Assembly: GCA_050952625.1 (NCBI GenBank)
Contig: JBMNLH010000003.1
Location: 1 to 64,000 of the forward strand
Length of the DNA: 64,000 nt
Source of the DNA: Bacillota bacterium
Lineage (GTDB): Bacteria > Bacillota > Ch66 > Ch109
Reading direction: 5' to 3'
Numbering within the stretch: position 1 is the stretch's first letter; each line of letters begins with the position of its first letter. A program made the position numbers and the translations under genes. Below are positions 1 to 9,979 of this stretch, piece by piece. The notes under the pieces are model-generated. The model searched no databases. It saw nothing but the letters and a program-made list of their open reading frames with translations, and was not told the DNA's origin.

Positions 1-3000
1 ACATCCAATGTTCCGGTTCCGCCTCCATCGCGCACATCAGGTTCCAAGCAGCTGCGCAAATTTCAATACATCCAATGTTCCGGTTCCGCGTAAAAACGAT
101 TTGCGCGGGCGGTAGGATCCGCTCATTTCAATACATCCAATGTTCCGGTTCCGCTCAATGACCCAAAGATAGCATTGAACCACGACCTGTATTTCAATAC
201 ATCCAATGTTCCGGTTCCGCTGCGGAAAAGTCGGCCACCACAAGCTTATTACCCGGATTTCAATACATCCAATGTTCCGGTTCCGCGTATACAACCAAAA
301 AAGATCCGGCCAGCGAAAAACATTTCAATACATCCAATGTTCCGGTTCCGCGGGCCCTACCGTGCTGCCGCCTGTGTAGGTGAACCGGTCATTTCAATAC
401 ATCCAATGTTCCGGTTCCGCGGCGGAGCGCAGCAAAGCGTAGCAAAGGCGGGGCGAATTTCAATACATCCAATGTTCCGGTTCCGCACTGGTACAGCATG
501 GTATTGAAGAAGCCATGCTGTAATTTCAATACATCCAATGTTCCGGTTCCGCTCACCACGCATATTCAAACCGGTGATTTTCACTTTTATTTCAATACAT
601 CCAATGTTCCGGTTCCGCCTCATGCCGGTTTTCGCCATGTAGGCCGCAGCGATATTTCAATACATCCAATGTTCCGGTTCCGCGTATGATGGACAGACCA
701 AGATCGAGGCTGATGGGGATTTCAATACATCCAATGTTCCGGTTCCGCAGCTTTGCGATCGCCTTTTTCTATCTTCGAGACTTGATTTCAATACATCCAA
801 TGTTCCGGTTCCGCTAACACGAACCAATCTTTGCTGTTCTTAATTTCTCCATTTCAATACATCCAATGTTCCGGTTCCGCTGCATTGCATCACACTGCCA
901 TGCCATGCCTTTGCTAATTTCAATACATCCAATGTTCCGGTTCCGCCCGCTCGCTGCTGGCGTTGACCCTTTCTACTACGTCCATTTCAATACATCCAAT
1001 GTTCCGGTTCCGCGACTGCCTGATTCCGGTTCTGAATCGGATTGTACTATTTCAATACATCCAATGTTCCGGTTCCGCTGGCCGAAACGGCAATCCTCAG
1101 CAAGTTCGACCGACATTTCAATACATCCAATGTTCCGGTTCCGCTTGTCAATGCTGTAACAAGCATATTTTCCAGCGCCATATTTCAATACATCCAATGT
1201 TCCGGTTCCGCATCTGACCCCTAAACAGTCTGCTAAATCCTGAATTGATTTCAATACATCCAATGTTTCCGGTTCCGCAAGAACTTCACGACCTGGCACA
1301 CTCGACACAGACCAATTTCAATACATCCAATGTTCCGGTTCCGCCGACATAAGCTGATCTAAGGAATTTTATAACTGGTTTATTTCAATACATCCAATGT
1401 TCCGGTTCCGCTTGACGAGTGGATGCCGTAATGTTTTGCCCACTGCCATTTCAATACATCCAATGTTCCGGTTCCGCGGCTCAACATCGATAGTCTCTTT
1501 GTTAGCATTTTCCTATTTCAATACATCCAATGTTCCGGTTCCGCCGTACCGACTGGCTAAACTGAGTCATTCTAGTACCCGCTTCACCCATTTCAATACA
1601 TCCAATGTTCCGGTTCCGCCCAGTCTAGGTCCCGAGTACCAACGACCAGCCTCATTTGCAATTTCAATACATCCAATGTTCCGGTTCCGCTACCCCTGCG
1701 AGATCTGCCGACAGTACGGTACCAGATCCGGCATTTCAATACATCCAATGTTCCGGTTCCGCTTAAAAATCCAGGCTGTTCACCAATTCCACGTATTTCA
1801 ATACATCCAATGTTCCGGTTCCGCGTAGGTCCTGCTTTGCAGTCGCCCGGTCAATTATTTCAATACATCCAATGTTCCGGTTCCGCGACTTGTGATAAGT
1901 GAAATACAGACAGACTCCGATTTCAATACATCCAATGTTCCGGTTCCGCCACCTAACTGCAGTATAAACAAATAGTCTGCTTCATTTCAATACATCCAAT
2001 GTTCCGGTTCCGCGATTAGTAAATGCCGTTTACTGTTCCTTTAATTTCAATACATCCAATGTTCCGGTTCCGCCGCACGGAATTCTTACGACCCATGATA
2101 CTAGATTTCAATACATCCAATGTTCCGGTTCCGCACCTATATGTAAATCCATTATGAAGTGTTCCCCTATTTCAATACATCCAATGTTCCGGTTCCGCGG
2201 GACAGCTTGAATGATCTTGACAACACCAGCATATTTCAATACATCCAATGTTCCGGTTCCGCCAACGACGATGGCAGCCCCAATTGCGGCGTCCACTGCC
2301 CAGATTTCAATACATCCAATGTTCCGGTTCCGCTCGGCATGCCTGCGTCTTGCATGCACCTCGGGGACTACAATAACTATTTCAATACATCCAATGTTCC
2401 GGTTCCGCCGGCGGACGATGGCAGCCCCTACGGGCATGGCCAAGAACGAATTTCAATACATCCAATGTTCCGGTTCCGCCGGTCAGAAGGCCTGGCAAGA
2501 ACCTCGGGGACGACAATACAGATTTCAATACATCCAATGTTCCGGTTCCGCCGTGGAATGATCCACTTTTGCAGGGTCAACATTGTATTTCAATACATCC
2601 AATGTTCCGGTTCCGCGGTCAAAGCGGCAAAAGAACCAGACATTCAGAATTTCAATACATCCAATGTTCCGGTTCCGCCGACTTGCCACATTAGCCGGGT
2701 CAGACCATTAGATATTTCAATACATCCAATGTTCCGGTTCCGCCCGCAAGCTCGGCTACCAGATTATCATGCAGGTGTTCAACAGTTGTAATTTCAATAC
2801 ATCCAATGTTCCGGTTCCGCCCGCACCGTCACTTTTCGGGTCAATGTGATTTCAATACATCCAATGTTCCGGTTCCGCGTCTTGCGCAGTTCTGTCAAAT
2901 TTCAATACATCCAATGTTCCGGTTCCGCTGCGAAAAGAATCGGCAGTCTAGCGTTTGAAATATATTTCAATACATCCAATGTTCCGGTTCCGCTGTCGTA

Positions 3001-3853
3001 TCAACTCCTTATATAGATAGTATAGCATAATTTCAATACATCCAATGTTCCGGTTCCGCCCGTGATCATCGGGTATAATAGTCGGCTCAGTCCCAATTTC
3101 AATACATCCAATGTTCCGGTTCCGCCTAACAGCGTTTTTAGTCAGGGCTGTTTTCGTTATATTTCAATACATCCAATGTTCCGGTTCCGCGATAGATTTT
3201 AACATAATCGAAATTGGAGAAACCTTATTTCAATACATCCAATGTTCCGGTTCCGCCCAGCGGGGGGAAGCTGGCGGTACGGGCTACAGAGCTATTTCAA
3301 TACATCCAATGTTCCGGTTCCGCACAACTGCGCCTGGTTCAACAGGAAAGCCATTTTGCATTTCAATACATCCAATGTTCCGGTTCCGCTTACGCCAGAC
3401 ATTGAGTGTATAGAAGTCAATCCATTTCAATACATCCAATGTTCCGGTTCCGCAAAAGAGCTAGTGTGGGAGGAGCGTTTTAAAGCGCTATTTCAATACA
3501 TCCAATGTTCCGGTTCCGCCGTCCGCACTGCGGTAGTAGGCTTTTATATAGGCATATTTCAATACATCCAATGTTCCGGTTCCGCTGGGCGGCTCCTGCA
3601 TGTCTCCGTATTCGAGTTCGTATTTCAATACATCCAATGTTCCGGTTCCGCAAGGAGAAGACTCATGGATAAGTATATCGGAGTTAAATTTCAATACATC
3701 CAATGTTCCGGTTCCGCGGGTTCTTTACGATGTTGCTGACTTTATCTATCACATTTCAATACATCCAATGTTCCGGTTCCGCAGGCATTGGTTGCGGACT
3801 TGGGCCCTGTTATCAAAAGCCATATTTCAATACATCCAATGTTCCGGTTCCGC
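1..3853 (-). CRISPR. Type I-B CRISPR array; repeat GCGGAACCGGAACATTGGATGTATTGAAAT (minus strand); 58 full repeats + 1 partial, 58 spacers; truncated by window start
   Basis: ATTTCAATACATCCAATGTTCCGGTTCCGC recurs every ~65 bp on +. Orientation inferred from the ATTGAAAT 3' end typical of I-B repeats and the leader lying next to cas2. One repeat (1248-1278) has an extra T. Confidence 0.99.
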
Positions 3854-4030
3854 CAACGCCAATTGGGCATTTCCCATCTTAAAACAACTCGCCGCCAGGT
3901 ATTATATCAGGCTTTGGGGCTCTTTTTTCCAAGCGATCCTCCTCTCAGGTAAAATATAAACCTATGGCCTTCTTTCCCCTTATTTTCAAGCACTTAACAT
4001 TATTACTATATAATTCGCACTTGGAAAAAA
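3854..4030 (-). promoter_or_regulatory. CRISPR leader
   Basis: Non-coding, relatively AT-rich stretch between the cas2 stop and the first repeat. Confidence 0.8.
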
Positions 4031-4315
4031 TCAAATAATAATAGACTCCGGGTCAACTCCCGTATTCCCAATACTTTCTTCATGAAAAGAAGATTCGCTC
4101 ATAGTTTGAATAAAGGTTACAAAGTCATGGTTCGGGTCAATGCTTTTCTTTAATTTCCCTTTGAGTTCTAGGTAATTTGCTGGCGTGATATGTCCCCTAA
4201 ATACCGATTTTTGAAAATGCTTCAAATACTGTTTGCAGATTTTAAATATTTTAGCGACCCGTTTCTCCCCTACATCGTAAAAAACAATGACATAATTGTA
4301 ATTTGGCTTTTTCAC
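4031..4315 (-). CDS. cas2: CRISPR-associated endonuclease Cas2
   Basis: 94 aa; YVIVFYDV...RVAKIFKICKQYL..FQKSVFRG motif; last gene before array. Confidence 0.97.
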   Translation of the reverse strand: MKKPNYNYVIVFYDVGEKRVAKIFKICKQYLKHFQKSVFRGHITPANYLELKGKLKKSIDPNHDFVTFIQTMSESSFHEESIGNTGVDPESIII

Positions 4316-5319
4316 TTTTTCTCCTCCATGCAGAAAGGAACAAAGTTTTTCCCTTCCAAGATATGCTTAACCAGCTTATATCCGTCTAAACGAATGGTTT
4401 GTTTAAAACTGCACCTTCTTTTTAAGGTTGGATGTTCAAACGTCTGGTTGAGCCGACCTTCAAAAGCCTCAATAAACGTCTTGCGTCCGGTCTCGTTCAG
4501 CAAGGCATAATTCAGCTTTTTGTCAAAATGCTTTTCGACCGTGATTTTACGGTTATTCACACAATCAAAAATAGTTTTATAAACCAACACGGGTTTAAAT
4601 ACTTCCGACAAATCTAAGCTTAGGGAAAAACGTCTCTCCGCCGGCTCATGCAGAAAAGAAATAGTTTGATTCAAATGGGTATGGTAAATTTCTGTAATTG
4701 TTTTTGTGTAAAGTAAAGCATTACCAAAAGATATCAAAGCATTGATAGGATTATCCGGCGGGCGTTTTACCCTTTTGTTCATCGCAAATGACTCAGGCAG
4801 GATTACCCGAAAAGTCTGATAAAACCGGGCCCAAATTTCTCCTTCAATACGCAACAACTGTTTAATATCGCCAACAGCATCGACCAAACGCGGTACATCC
4901 TTGCGTAGCCAGTCCAGATAGTCCTTCAGCTCACTTTTCCCATGCCTGTAGTAATGGTAGAGTACAAAATAAATATTTTTGGAGATTCCCTTAACAATCG
5001 GTCCGGCAATCTTTAACCTGTTTTGCTTATAAGCCAAAGCCTGAGCAACCGTTAACCTCCCGCTCAATAGTTGTTCTTTGGGATAGAATGTCCCTATGTA
5101 GTTTCCATAATAACCAAAAAAATGCACTACAATGCCCGCTTTCGCTAAAAGCTGCAGCAATTTTGTGCTAAGAGTAATTTCATTAAAACAGTACAATTCC
5201 CGCGTATCCTTTATGGGAAGATAGATATTCCCGTCTTCTTTGTGGAAAACAATAGAAAAATCCCTCTGATATAAATCCCCTGTTGAAAAAATATAACGGG
5301 TATCACTGCTCGTTCCGAT
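4312..5319 (-). CDS. cas1: Cas1, type I-B (Hmari-like); reading frame extends upstream of the ORF-track start to a probable ATC start
   Basis: RPPDNPINALISFGN, ISFLHEP and SLSLDLSEVFKP motifs. Open frame upstream gives a Cas1-like N-terminus (TRYIFSTGDLYQRDFSI), behind SD AGGGAGGG and an in-frame TAG. Confidence 0.97.
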   Translation of the reverse strand: MGTSSDTRYIFSTGDLYQRDFSIVFHKEDGNIYLPIKDTRELYCFNEITLSTKLLQLLAKAGIVVHFFGYYGNYIGTFYPKEQLLSGRLTVAQALAYKQNRLKIAGPIVKGISKNIYFVLYHYYRHGKSELKDYLDWLRKDVPRLVDAVGDIKQLLRIEGEIWARFYQTFRVILPESFAMNKRVKRPPDNPINALISFGNALLYTKTITEIYHTHLNQTISFLHEPAERRFSLSLDLSEVFKPVLVYKTIFDCVNNRKITVEKHFDKKLNYALLNETGRKTFIEAFEGRLNQTFEHPTLKRRCSFKQTIRLDGYKLVKHILEGKNFVPFCMEEKK

Positions 5320-5334
5320 CCTCTATCCCTCCCT

Positions 5335-5820
5335 TTAGATAAAGCAGTAATCATAATAGGCACATTTTCTGCAAGTTGGCTTTTTAATTGGCGGCGGTGG
5401 CAGCTCTCGCTTTAAGAAAAGCTCTATCTCGTGATATTTGGCCTTGCGTTCCTCGATCTCTTCTTCCGTTAAGGTTAAAGTATGGACGCTTTTACTTTGC
5501 TTGTTCTTTTCTAGACATTCCAACCGCCCTTTGCGTAAAATTCCCTTGTCATGCAAAACGACCAGATAAAATTCCAATTGCGCTTTAGCTGCTGCCAGGT
5601 CAGCATCAGATTTCTTGATTTCCGTAACATATTCCGCTGTTAGTTTATCAAGCTTGATGCCTTCTAGGGCTATCTCTTCTTTCCCCTGCCTCTTCAACTC
5701 ATGTAATACCTTGCCAATGCGGACATCTTCTGAGTTGTCCTCTAAATTTATATTGTGGTAAAACAGCCAGCACTGCCGCTGGCAATGTGTATAGTAATTG
5801 ACAACTGTTCCGGTCAGCAT
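5335..5820 (-). CDS. cas4: CRISPR-associated exonuclease Cas4
   Basis: 161 aa; N-terminal C-x-RQCW, RecB-like D..EIKKS, C-terminal CxxCAYxxxC Fe-S ligands. Confidence 0.96.
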   Translation of the reverse strand: MLTGTVVNYYTHCQRQCWLFYHNINLEDNSEDVRIGKVLHELKRQGKEEIALEGIKLDKLTAEYVTEIKKSDADLAAAKAQLEFYLVVLHDKGILRKGRLECLEKNKQSKSVHTLTLTEEEIEERKAKYHEIELFLKRELPPPPIKKPTCRKCAYYDYCFI

Positions 5821-8204
5821 TACAAAAATATCCCCCCATAGTATTTCTCCAATGCCTCCCTGTTCAAAACCCCATCTTCAACAAAACGTTCTCCGCCATC
5901 AATAAAATAATAACCATTGTATTCCTCGACACCATCGGGAATTTGGTCCCGAAATACCGTAAATGTGAAATAGGACATTTTTTGTGCCATTCTGGAATAC
6001 TCAATCATGCGCTGGGCGTAGCCCATTTCTTTATCGCTGTCCAGGGCTTTAAATTCCTCCCACACTTGGTACCCGTCTAAGTCCTCCCAGACATATGGAA
6101 TAAAAAGTTGCCAGTTACGTTCAATTAAGCGCATCTGCTCTTCTATTTTCTTACAATTGAATTGGGCACAATTTTCATCTAGATTAGCCAAATTTTTCTG
6201 GTTAGCTTTACTTGTTTGGGCTATTAAATCTGTAAAAATCCGTGCATAAATTTCGTCAAAGCGTTTGCCCTGAAGATATTGCCGTATGGTCGGATCATGG
6301 ATGGAATAATTCAGCCTGGCATCCCCTCTGTAGATAAACGATGCATCATCTAAATCAAAAAAATAGGCAACAGCCCCTTCGGTATTCAGGCAGGACCTAT
6401 TGATTCGTCCCATAAATTGCTCTTCGGCATCAGGCAGAGAAATATCTTTAAAGCCAATTTCCATATCAATGTTGATCCCGGCTTCAATGACCTGAGTAGC
6501 AATAAGCATAAGTTTCTCGCCACTATTGATCCGCTGGATCACCTGGTCTCTTCTGGCCGCATTATCGTCGCCGGTAAGCAAAACAGCATTACAATCTTCT
6601 TTGCAAAGCTCGTAAAATTTCCTGGCTGTTTTTTTCTTAATGAATTCCACCAGTACCCGTTTGCCCTGAAAATGCAATACTTCTTCTTTCAGTTCCTCCA
6701 GAGTAATCTTACCTTTTTCCAGCAAAGAAAAATCTGGCCGCACCCTACTCTGAAAAAGCGGATGCTGGTAATACCTTTGCGCATCTTCCACCAGTGTGGC
6801 AAATTGTGCGTCTACTGTCCTGAGCAGTTGGTCCAACTGCGGCAACGTAGCCGACATTATAATGATTTTAATGTGCAGCTGCTGCGCATAACTTTGTAAA
6901 AAACTAATTATTTCGCGCCAGATGCGATTTTTATAACTTTGGATTTCATCAAGAATGACCACACTGTTGCATAATTTAAGCAAGGGAAAGCACTGCTCAC
7001 GCCCACATCCAAACAAAACATTAAAAAAATTAACATGTGAAGTTAGGATAATTGAATAATTGTTAAAAATATGATCCAGCCAAGCCGCCTCATATTTATC
7101 TTTCCGGTCGTCTTGCCCCATCATAACCGGGGTAATGGAGTTGATGACCGTTAGTTGATCACCGAAATAAGGAAGCATAGTTTTCCTGGTTTGCTCCACC
7201 AGAGTGTTAAAAGGGAAAATATAAAAAACATTATTAATCTTGGAATCCATTTCCATGACCCGCAGGGTCAGATTAATAGCCATATTCGTTTTACCAGCAC
7301 CCGTAGGGGCTTCCAGGTAATAGATGTGAGCCTCCGGTTTAGCCAGCAGATTTCGTTCAGTTTCTAAAAATAATTGATTGCGCAGGGCATTGATCGGATC
7401 TCCGCTAAATACTGCCGGATCCTGCTGGTATTGACGAATGCTTTGACAGATGTCACTGTTATCGTAACTTTGCTTTAAAGCTTCCCCGCCGTCTTGAATG
7501 ACCGCAGGTTGCATGGCGTGGCCTGTCATAAATTCCTGGGTAGCACAGTAATCACAACCCGTAATCAAGGCATAAAGTAACCGACACAGGATATAAAAGC
7601 TAACCGGTTGTTCAACTACTCTGGACTCCTGCATATAATAACGGATATTTTCAAAGATACTGCTGTCCAGCTCGCTTTGGTAATATCTTTCATTCCAAGT
7701 TTCAAGGTTTGAAAAATCATGTCCGTTGTCTAATTTTCTGTGATGTTTGCAGATACAGTAGGCGAAAGCTGCCAGGCATTTTTGAACGATCTTAGAGGGA
7801 TTATCAAGCAAAATCTTGTACATCTGATCGATATAGATATAAGCAGAGGCTATGGCATGATGAGAATTTCTTGCCTGCCTGCAGTTAGTTCTAAACAACT
7901 CGTTTTCCAGCACCTCGTATTGATAACGGGGGTTAATTTTACCTGCATCATGTAAATAAATGGCGTAGAGGAACATTAAATATACTGTTTGCTTTTCATC
8001 TCCCCGTAAACCACAGGCGGTAATCAATCCTTGAACAACTTCTTCAATACCCTTATATTCGCAATACACCTCATAATAGTGTAAAGTAAGTCGGGAATGG
8101 GCTAGCAGAGTTTCCGTTTCCCTGGTGCCGCCGAATATCCTAGTATGGGCTAGATAACGGGCATCCTGCAGCAGTTCGGGGGTAATCAAATTAATTCTTT
8201 TCAT
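5820..8204 (-). CDS. cas3: Cas3 HD nuclease-helicase
   Basis: HDAGK HD motif, APTGAGKT Walker A, DEIQ, MSAT, ATQVIEAG, QFMGRINR. Confidence 0.98.
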   Translation of the reverse strand: MKRINLITPELLQDARYLAHTRIFGGTRETETLLAHSRLTLHYYEVYCEYKGIEEVVQGLITACGLRGDEKQTVYLMFLYAIYLHDAGKINPRYQYEVLENELFRTNCRQARNSHHAIASAYIYIDQMYKILLDNPSKIVQKCLAAFAYCICKHHRKLDNGHDFSNLETWNERYYQSELDSSIFENIRYYMQESRVVEQPVSFYILCRLLYALITGCDYCATQEFMTGHAMQPAVIQDGGEALKQSYDNSDICQSIRQYQQDPAVFSGDPINALRNQLFLETERNLLAKPEAHIYYLEAPTGAGKTNMAINLTLRVMEMDSKINNVFYIFPFNTLVEQTRKTMLPYFGDQLTVINSITPVMMGQDDRKDKYEAAWLDHIFNNYSIILTSHVNFFNVLFGCGREQCFPLLKLCNSVVILDEIQSYKNRIWREIISFLQSYAQQLHIKIIIMSATLPQLDQLLRTVDAQFATLVEDAQRYYQHPLFQSRVRPDFSLLEKGKITLEELKEEVLHFQGKRVLVEFIKKKTARKFYELCKEDCNAVLLTGDDNAARRDQVIQRINSGEKLMLIATQVIEAGINIDMEIGFKDISLPDAEEQFMGRINRSCLNTEGAVAYFFDLDDASFIYRGDARLNYSIHDPTIRQYLQGKRFDEIYARIFTDLIAQTSKANQKNLANLDENCAQFNCKKIEEQMRLIERNWQLFIPYVWEDLDGYQVWEEFKALDSDKEMGYAQRMIEYSRMAQKMSYFTFTVFRDQIPDGVEEYNGYYFIDGGERFVEDGVLNREALEKYYGGIFL

Positions 8205-8277
8205 GGATACCCCTCCGAATTAAACAGGCAGCTAGCCGAAACCGATTCGACTGCTGCACTGTAATTCACTTTCTAAT

Positions 8278-9027
8278 TCAATAAAAGCAATACTGCCGCT
8301 CCCCATCCGTATAAAGAAAGGGCGGTAGGGCAGCTTCAGGAATGGTTCCATTGGTAAAAACATAACGTCCGAATTCATAAAAATTATGGTTAGGCACCAA
8401 ACCAATTGGAGCCGTTTCCACAAATAAATACTGGGATGGTTCACCTTCATCCAGAGCTTTTAGATCTCCTTCGTACAAAAACAGCGAATCAATACGGGAC
8501 TGCCTTGAGGGAGAAAGCTCCACCATCTGCACATCCTCGATTTGAGCTGGAAAATCATTGCGGCCTAAATAGGGAAGGTAGACGCACTTACCCTGCTGTA
8601 GACTTTGGCAAAGTTTGTCCCAGACAGCATCATCCAGATTATGCTGGGCTAATAAAATTGTCCAGCTGGGATTTTCCAGCCATTGTTCCCGCACCTGTAA
8701 ATTACCGCCTTTTTCTTTTGACGCATAACCCACGCTGTTGTTGAAGTATTGTATTTTCTTAGTGAAATAACCGTTTTTGCCTTTGGGGATCACCGATACC
8801 TGCAGAGAGGAAAGCACCTCGTAAAATTCCGGAAAGACTCGCTCTTCCTCTCCGTGGAGTTTGGCATTGCGGTAGCCGCTCAGGCCTAAAACCGCTCCCA
8901 AAAGTCCAAGCAGGGCAACTTTATGGATATTGTTATAAGTGAAATAAACATGGGTATTCACGTCGGGCTGCCGGAAGCAAGCTGCTGGCCCGGAAAGAGT
9001 GAAGCACAGACTTTTCATCATCTTCAC
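8278..9027 (-). CDS. cas5: Cas5, type I-B
   Basis: FTLSGPAACFRQPD...YFTY..IHKVALLGLLGAVLG; YLPYLGRN. Confidence 0.95.
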   Translation of the reverse strand: MKMMKSLCFTLSGPAACFRQPDVNTHVYFTYNNIHKVALLGLLGAVLGLSGYRNAKLHGEEERVFPEFYEVLSSLQVSVIPKGKNGYFTKKIQYFNNSVGYASKEKGGNLQVREQWLENPSWTILLAQHNLDDAVWDKLCQSLQQGKCVYLPYLGRNDFPAQIEDVQMVELSPSRQSRIDSLFLYEGDLKALDEGEPSQYLFVETAPIGLVPNHNFYEFGRYVFTNGTIPEAALPPFLYTDGERQYCFY

Positions 9028-9030
9028 CCC

Positions 9031-9963
9031 TTAATAAATAGACTGAACGTCACATGGCAGCGACCCATAATCTACCTCGACAGTTTCTAAGTTATAATAC
9101 AGTTCCACTGATTGGATATCTTTCAAGCGTGGTTCCAAAACTTTGGCTAGTTTGGTCAGATCGTATAAAATGTGGTCTCCTTGCTTACGTACCGTTACAT
9201 AACGATCCAAATTAGCCAAAAATAACTGGCTACCCTCTTTTAATTCGATAAATAAGGCCAATTCATTTTCGCAGCCACTTTTAGAATTGGTATTAAACGC
9301 TGTGGTGGCCACTCTGGCGGCCCATTTGAACTTTTCATACGCTTCATTGGTATAGCCTTCAAATCCTTCAGCCAGTCCGATAAAATCGTTATAGTTGGCT
9401 GGATTGACTGAAAAAGAATACACATAATGCGCTTCATCAGTAACAATCTTAGTTCCCATAGAAGAGGCCAGTTTTCCCTCACTCTTCTCATTAGAATTAC
9501 GGAAGGGCGAAAGAATCTCCTGGGTCAGCACATGGGTATCCGCAAAAAGGTTACGTCCCTGGTTGATTTGCACCGCTCCTGTGATACTGATGTTTTGTTT
9601 TTTTTCGGCGAATGTAGCACCAAAATTCATAACATCAATAGCGGAAAACAGCTTGCCTAAAACCTCTTTAGAAGAAGTTTTTTCATCCAAATGCCCAAAG
9701 AGGAATGTGTATCTCTCATTTAAATCCCTGGGTTGAATTTTTTCGCCCTCTTTATCAACCTGCATACTTTGCATACTTTTAATGTAAAGTACCGGCTCAC
9801 CCTGCATCTGCCACATACGCTTCATCGGATATTTAAGAGCTTTATCGCTGGCAAAGATATGATTATCGGTGGTCGTTTTGGGATATCCAGACAGGTCGGC
9901 ATTGAAATTGGCCATATAAGCACCGACGGCAAGAATTCCATAGACTCTATTTTCCTTCTTCAT
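9031..9963 (-). CDS. cas7: Cas7 (Csh2-like) Cascade backbone
   Basis: ANFNAD...SDKALKYPMKR, DVMNFGATF, SITGAVQI motifs; position in operon. Confidence 0.93.
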   Translation of the reverse strand: MKKENRVYGILAVGAYMANFNADLSGYPKTTTDNHIFASDKALKYPMKRMWQMQGEPVLYIKSMQSMQVDKEGEKIQPRDLNERYTFLFGHLDEKTSSKEVLGKLFSAIDVMNFGATFAEKKQNISITGAVQINQGRNLFADTHVLTQEILSPFRNSNEKSEGKLASSMGTKIVTDEAHYVYSFSVNPANYNDFIGLAEGFEGYTNEAYEKFKWAARVATTAFNTNSKSGCENELALFIELKEGSQLFLANLDRYVTVRKQGDHILYDLTKLAKVLEPRLKDIQSVELYYNLETVEVDYGSLPCDVQSIY

Positions 9964-9979
9964 TCCTGCAACCTCCCTT

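Noticed and set aside
1248-1278. Repeat with one extra T
   Set aside because: Single homopolymer indel; likely sequencing error or trivial mutation
2263-2521. Shared spacer cores as DGR variable regions, TIGR units or foreign CRISPR repeats
   Set aside because: Similarity continues as an n/n+2 chain with indels through most of the block, which none of these sources explains
37-3959. Many ORFs across the array (RNRNIGCIE, ISIHPMFRFR, FQYIQCSGSA repeats)
   Set aside because: Translations of the CRISPR repeat, which has no stop in several frames
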